Positions 61,397 to 64,000 of a stretch of DNA of 64,000 nucleotides are shown here, piece after piece (within the stretch, counting starts at the first letter, position 1; each line of letters opens with the position of its first letter). The stretch lies in the IMG/VR virus record IMGVR_UViG_3300031992_000005, positions 192,001 to 256,000 of that record; one strand, given 5' to 3'. This stretch comes from a virus. The notes beneath the pieces are model-generated. The model worked only from the letters and a program-made list of their open reading frames with translations. It did no database searches and was not told the DNA's origin. The position numbers and the translations under genes are program-made.

Positions 61397-62101
61397 ATGG
61401 ACACGATTAATCCTTTTTCAGACCCAGAGTTTAAGAAACAAATTTTGGAGTCATCACTAGGGAATGATGTGTCACCTGATAATTACGAGATTATAGAGGA
61501 CAATTCTGACACTAGTAAACAAGACTTAAAGTCCATGATATCAGGGGCACCAAAGTTACCTAGGTCAGCAAAGAATATCATTCTTGATGCTAGTGCTATA
61601 GCCAAGAATGAAAAAGAACAGAAGGTAAAAGAAATGGAGTTGGCTTTAAATCAAGTACTAACTTCATATAATAAAGAGTATGGTTTATCACTAAACTTAA
61701 ATTTGAGTGACTTAAGTAAGTCGCTTATTGATGTATCTGATCCAAAGAGAAGGAGAATCCTAGAGCTTTACGTATCAGAACTTTATTCTAGTGTTAGACC
61801 TCTTTTATACCTTCACCTGATACAGAAGTTATACGTGGCTATGGATTATATTCTTGATCCAGAGAGATTGCTTGGTAGTCAAGATCTAACCACGGCAGAT
61901 ATGTTTCTTGTAGTAGAGAAGCTTATGTCTTATATTGAGCAAATATCTCAACTTCAGGATGAAGTTACCATAAAGGGTGCCGACTTGGAGTTAAAGAAAA
62001 TAGCTGATGAAAATAAAGACATAGATTTCAATAGCTCTGAATCTAAAGAAACTATTGATAACTTTATGAAGCTCTTTAATAGAGAATCAGGTATTCAGTA
62101 G
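61397..62101 (+). CDS. hypothetical protein
   Basis: 234-aa ORF. Confidence 0.55.
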   Translation: MDTINPFSDPEFKKQILESSLGNDVSPDNYEIIEDNSDTSKQDLKSMISGAPKLPRSAKNIILDASAIAKNEKEQKVKEMELALNQVLTSYNKEYGLSLNLNLSDLSKSLIDVSDPKRRRILELYVSELYSSVRPLLYLHLIQKLYVAMDYILDPERLLGSQDLTTADMFLVVEKLMSYIEQISQLQDEVTIKGADLELKKIADENKDIDFNSSESKETIDNFMKLFNRESGIQ

Positions 62102-62200
62102 GATGTGACTGAAGCGCAATATAACCCTACAAGAGAATTGAAATAAGATTCTTGCTATTCGATTAGGTTGTAGGGCCTAATTTATATAAAGTTTGAGTTT

Positions 62201-63907
62201 ATGAAAAAAAGCGAAGGATTTTTTCAAAAGATTTTTGGTTCCTATTCTATAGGTAACTCGAGAATGCCACTTAGAAGTAATATTTTCAAAGGAAACGGTT
62301 ACTCTCAGATAGGTGGTACGGGAAGATGGGGAAAGAATAGTATGAATAGACAGAGTCCTTTATTAGGTAACTCTAGCCCATCCAACCTTATCTCGGGTTA
62401 TTATGATAGAATAGATGAACTAAGGGGATATCAATTGTTGGATATTGTAAAACTAGCAACCAACTTTTTCTCAGATTACATAGTAAATTTCTTAGAGGAT
62501 AGTGGTTCTAAGGTAGTTACTATTTATTCAGAGGACGGTTCAACAGTTGATGAGGTAAAAACAGAAAGAATAAATGAGATCTTAACGAAAGATCTCAGAA
62601 TTTTTGATTATATTAAGGACCATGTTAAAGATATGGTCTTTTATGGGCAATATACAAGCTTAATTTGTAGGTCAAAGGACGAACTAGGACACACAAAGTT
62701 TAGATTTGAAGAGCTTAGTGATCCTGTATCTGTCATTTCTAAGAAAAAGAGAAACTCGGAAGGTGGTATTGATGAAACTTTCTTAGCTAGGGGTGAAGAT
62801 GGTAAGGTTTACGAAATTAATAAAAATGATGCCTTTACCTTAGGCAACATTAATCTTCGTCTTATCAATGACATGGAAGAAGGTTATAAAACTAAGAATA
62901 AAGAAAATCCAAAACCATCTTTCGGTAAGGTAGCGTCTGGAGAATCTGCATTGGATAAAATTAGGAAAACTTGTTCTTATTCTACAAGTGAACCCTTATT
63001 CTATTCCATGATTCTTAAAGTAAAGGAGTTGATTATTAAGGAACTCCTAGTTTCCTTAATTTCTCTTAGAGACCTTTCCAGCGTTCAGATTTTCTTACTA
63101 CAGTTCGATAAGAGTACTCCTATCGAAACTGCTAACGAACTTTGTGCTAGAACTACTAAGTTAGCGAATAATACAAATGAATTAGCTTCGTTCTTGACTA
63201 GTAACTTTGACGTTATTAGCTTCTTAGAGAATGTAATGTCTCAGTCCGCTAAGTTCGTTCCTGATTATAACTCTACTCTCGGCAATAAGAATAGTATGCT
63301 TCCATTAGATAAATTATCAGATAAAATTTTGGAAGTAATGCAAACAATTGATACCTGTAGAGCTAATGTTCTTAGTCCACTAGGTATTCCTAGTTCTATC
63401 CTAGATTCGACCAGTGGTAGTAAATGGACTATCTTACAGCAGTCAGAAAGAGCTAATAGTAGAGTTAGTGGATATATTGGCGGAGTAAAAGAATCTGTTC
63501 TGAACTTAGTATTAATCTTATACAATATTTTGTATGGAAAGGATCTTGATCCTAATCTCGTAAAGCTTCACGTATCAGAGAAGACCAGCGTAGAATACAA
63601 TAATCAGATTAATCAATCTGAGTCTATTGGTGGTCTTTTGACAGGTATTACAGGTGTTATTACAAACTCTCTACAGACACTCGAGGGAGCTGCTCCGCTT
63701 ATCGATACTAAGGCTTTCTTAAACTATATTCGTGGCTTGATTAAAGATATCGACCCAGACACAGAAGCACTAATTACGGATCAAACTGTAGAGGCTTATG
63801 CAGCATTCATGCAGTCTAAAGTAGCAGCTGCTGCAGAGAATCAGGGTATCGACCCAAGTACATTCATGAATATTCTTCAGGGAGATCAATCAGATAAAAT
63901 GATGTAA
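62201..63907 (+). CDS. hypothetical large protein (possibly virion-module, e.g. portal; unverified)
   Basis: 568-aa ORF. I recognised no motif. The suggestion rests only on size and position after the replication module. Confidence 0.5.
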   Translation: MKKSEGFFQKIFGSYSIGNSRMPLRSNIFKGNGYSQIGGTGRWGKNSMNRQSPLLGNSSPSNLISGYYDRIDELRGYQLLDIVKLATNFFSDYIVNFLEDSGSKVVTIYSEDGSTVDEVKTERINEILTKDLRIFDYIKDHVKDMVFYGQYTSLICRSKDELGHTKFRFEELSDPVSVISKKKRNSEGGIDETFLARGEDGKVYEINKNDAFTLGNINLRLINDMEEGYKTKNKENPKPSFGKVASGESALDKIRKTCSYSTSEPLFYSMILKVKELIIKELLVSLISLRDLSSVQIFLLQFDKSTPIETANELCARTTKLANNTNELASFLTSNFDVISFLENVMSQSAKFVPDYNSTLGNKNSMLPLDKLSDKILEVMQTIDTCRANVLSPLGIPSSILDSTSGSKWTILQQSERANSRVSGYIGGVKESVLNLVLILYNILYGKDLDPNLVKLHVSEKTSVEYNNQINQSESIGGLLTGITGVITNSLQTLEGAAPLIDTKAFLNYIRGLIKDIDPDTEALITDQTVEAYAAFMQSKVAAAAENQGIDPSTFMNILQGDQSDKMM

Positions 63908-63908
63908 T

Positions 63909-64000
63909 ATGGAAGAGAAAAAAGATAAAAAAGTATCGCTTCTCGATAAAGACGATCTGGCTAAATCAGGTATAGTTGCAGGTAGTAGTGCTGCGGCTGT
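63909..64000 (+). CDS. hypothetical protein (5' partial, runs off the window)
   Basis: ATG 63909, 1 nt after the upstream TAA (MEEKKDKKVSLLDKDDLAKSG..). Confidence 0.45.
   Translation, partial: MEEKKDKKVSLLDKDDLAKSGIVAGSSAAA

Noticed and set aside
298-63525. Remaining short overlapping or antisense ORFs from the track: 298..576, 2170..2364, 3674..3865, 5724..5963, 5795..6025, 6833..7057, 7813..7998, 8132..8341, 8247..8465, 11126..11335, 11755..12003, 12263..12511, 13393..13677, 16726..16920, 18020..18259, 21862..22053, 29092..29289, 31135..31401, 34915..35190, 35650..35835, 38748..38954, 40935..41177, 41615..41803, 43465..43749, 49988..50170, 54019..54231, 55201..55419, 61019..61204, 63265..63525.
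   Set aside because: Each is nested in or antisense to a longer ORF that fits the co-directional, tightly coupled gene series. None has its own promoter motif or terminator. AT-rich genomes generate many such shadow ORFs.
1-64000. Prophage or integrative element, defence island, or plasmid.
   Set aside because: I recognised no integrase, att-like flanks, host genes, partition genes or conjugation genes. The content is uniformly phage-like: replication module, introns, tRNAs and small early ORFs.

Overview
AT-rich, densely packed window with no rRNA, integrase or host housekeeping genes. I read it as part of a large lytic dsDNA phage genome. The host is possibly Bacteroidota, because the 3' half of the recurrent promoter motif resembles the TAnnTTTG -7 box and a BspA-type LRR protein is present; this is inference only. 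All product calls come from motifs I recognised by eye, and no database search was run.

Layout:
- 1-9.7 kb (+): small early-type ORFs and tRNA-Met.
- 10-32.8 kb (mixed, mostly -): single-gene promoter/terminator cassettes. They include tRNA-Lys, tRNA-Arg, tRNA-Leu, an aberrant tRNA-like RNA, an HD hydrolase, a 3D-domain lysin and an LRR protein.
- 26.5-32.8 kb (-): a family-A DNA polymerase split into 4 exons by group I introns, one carrying a homing endonuclease.
- 33-47.5 kb (+): a metallophosphatase / bacterial-type PARG / Nudix cluster, ThyX, primase, SF2 helicase, DnaB-like helicase and a RusA-like protein.
- 47.6-53.4 kb: twelve translationally coupled tandem paralogs of unknown function.
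- 53.4-55.6 kb: a soluble AAA+/M41 (FtsH-like) protease.
- 55.6-57.15 kb: non-coding, with short transcription units followed by an iteron-rich repeat region.
- 57.2-64 kb: helicase-like gene, GNAT, HExxH protein and possibly the start of the virion module.

Most notable observations:
1. The 12-gene paralog accordion next to the AAA-metalloprotease.
2. About 18 ORF-less promoter - variable ~40 nt - conserved hairpin - U-run units, in three clusters.
3. Three intron-like units stacked at one site in polymerase motif A.
4. An ADP-ribose-processing cluster that is a candidate for counter-defence.
5. An iteron / inverted-repeat locus that resembles a replication origin.
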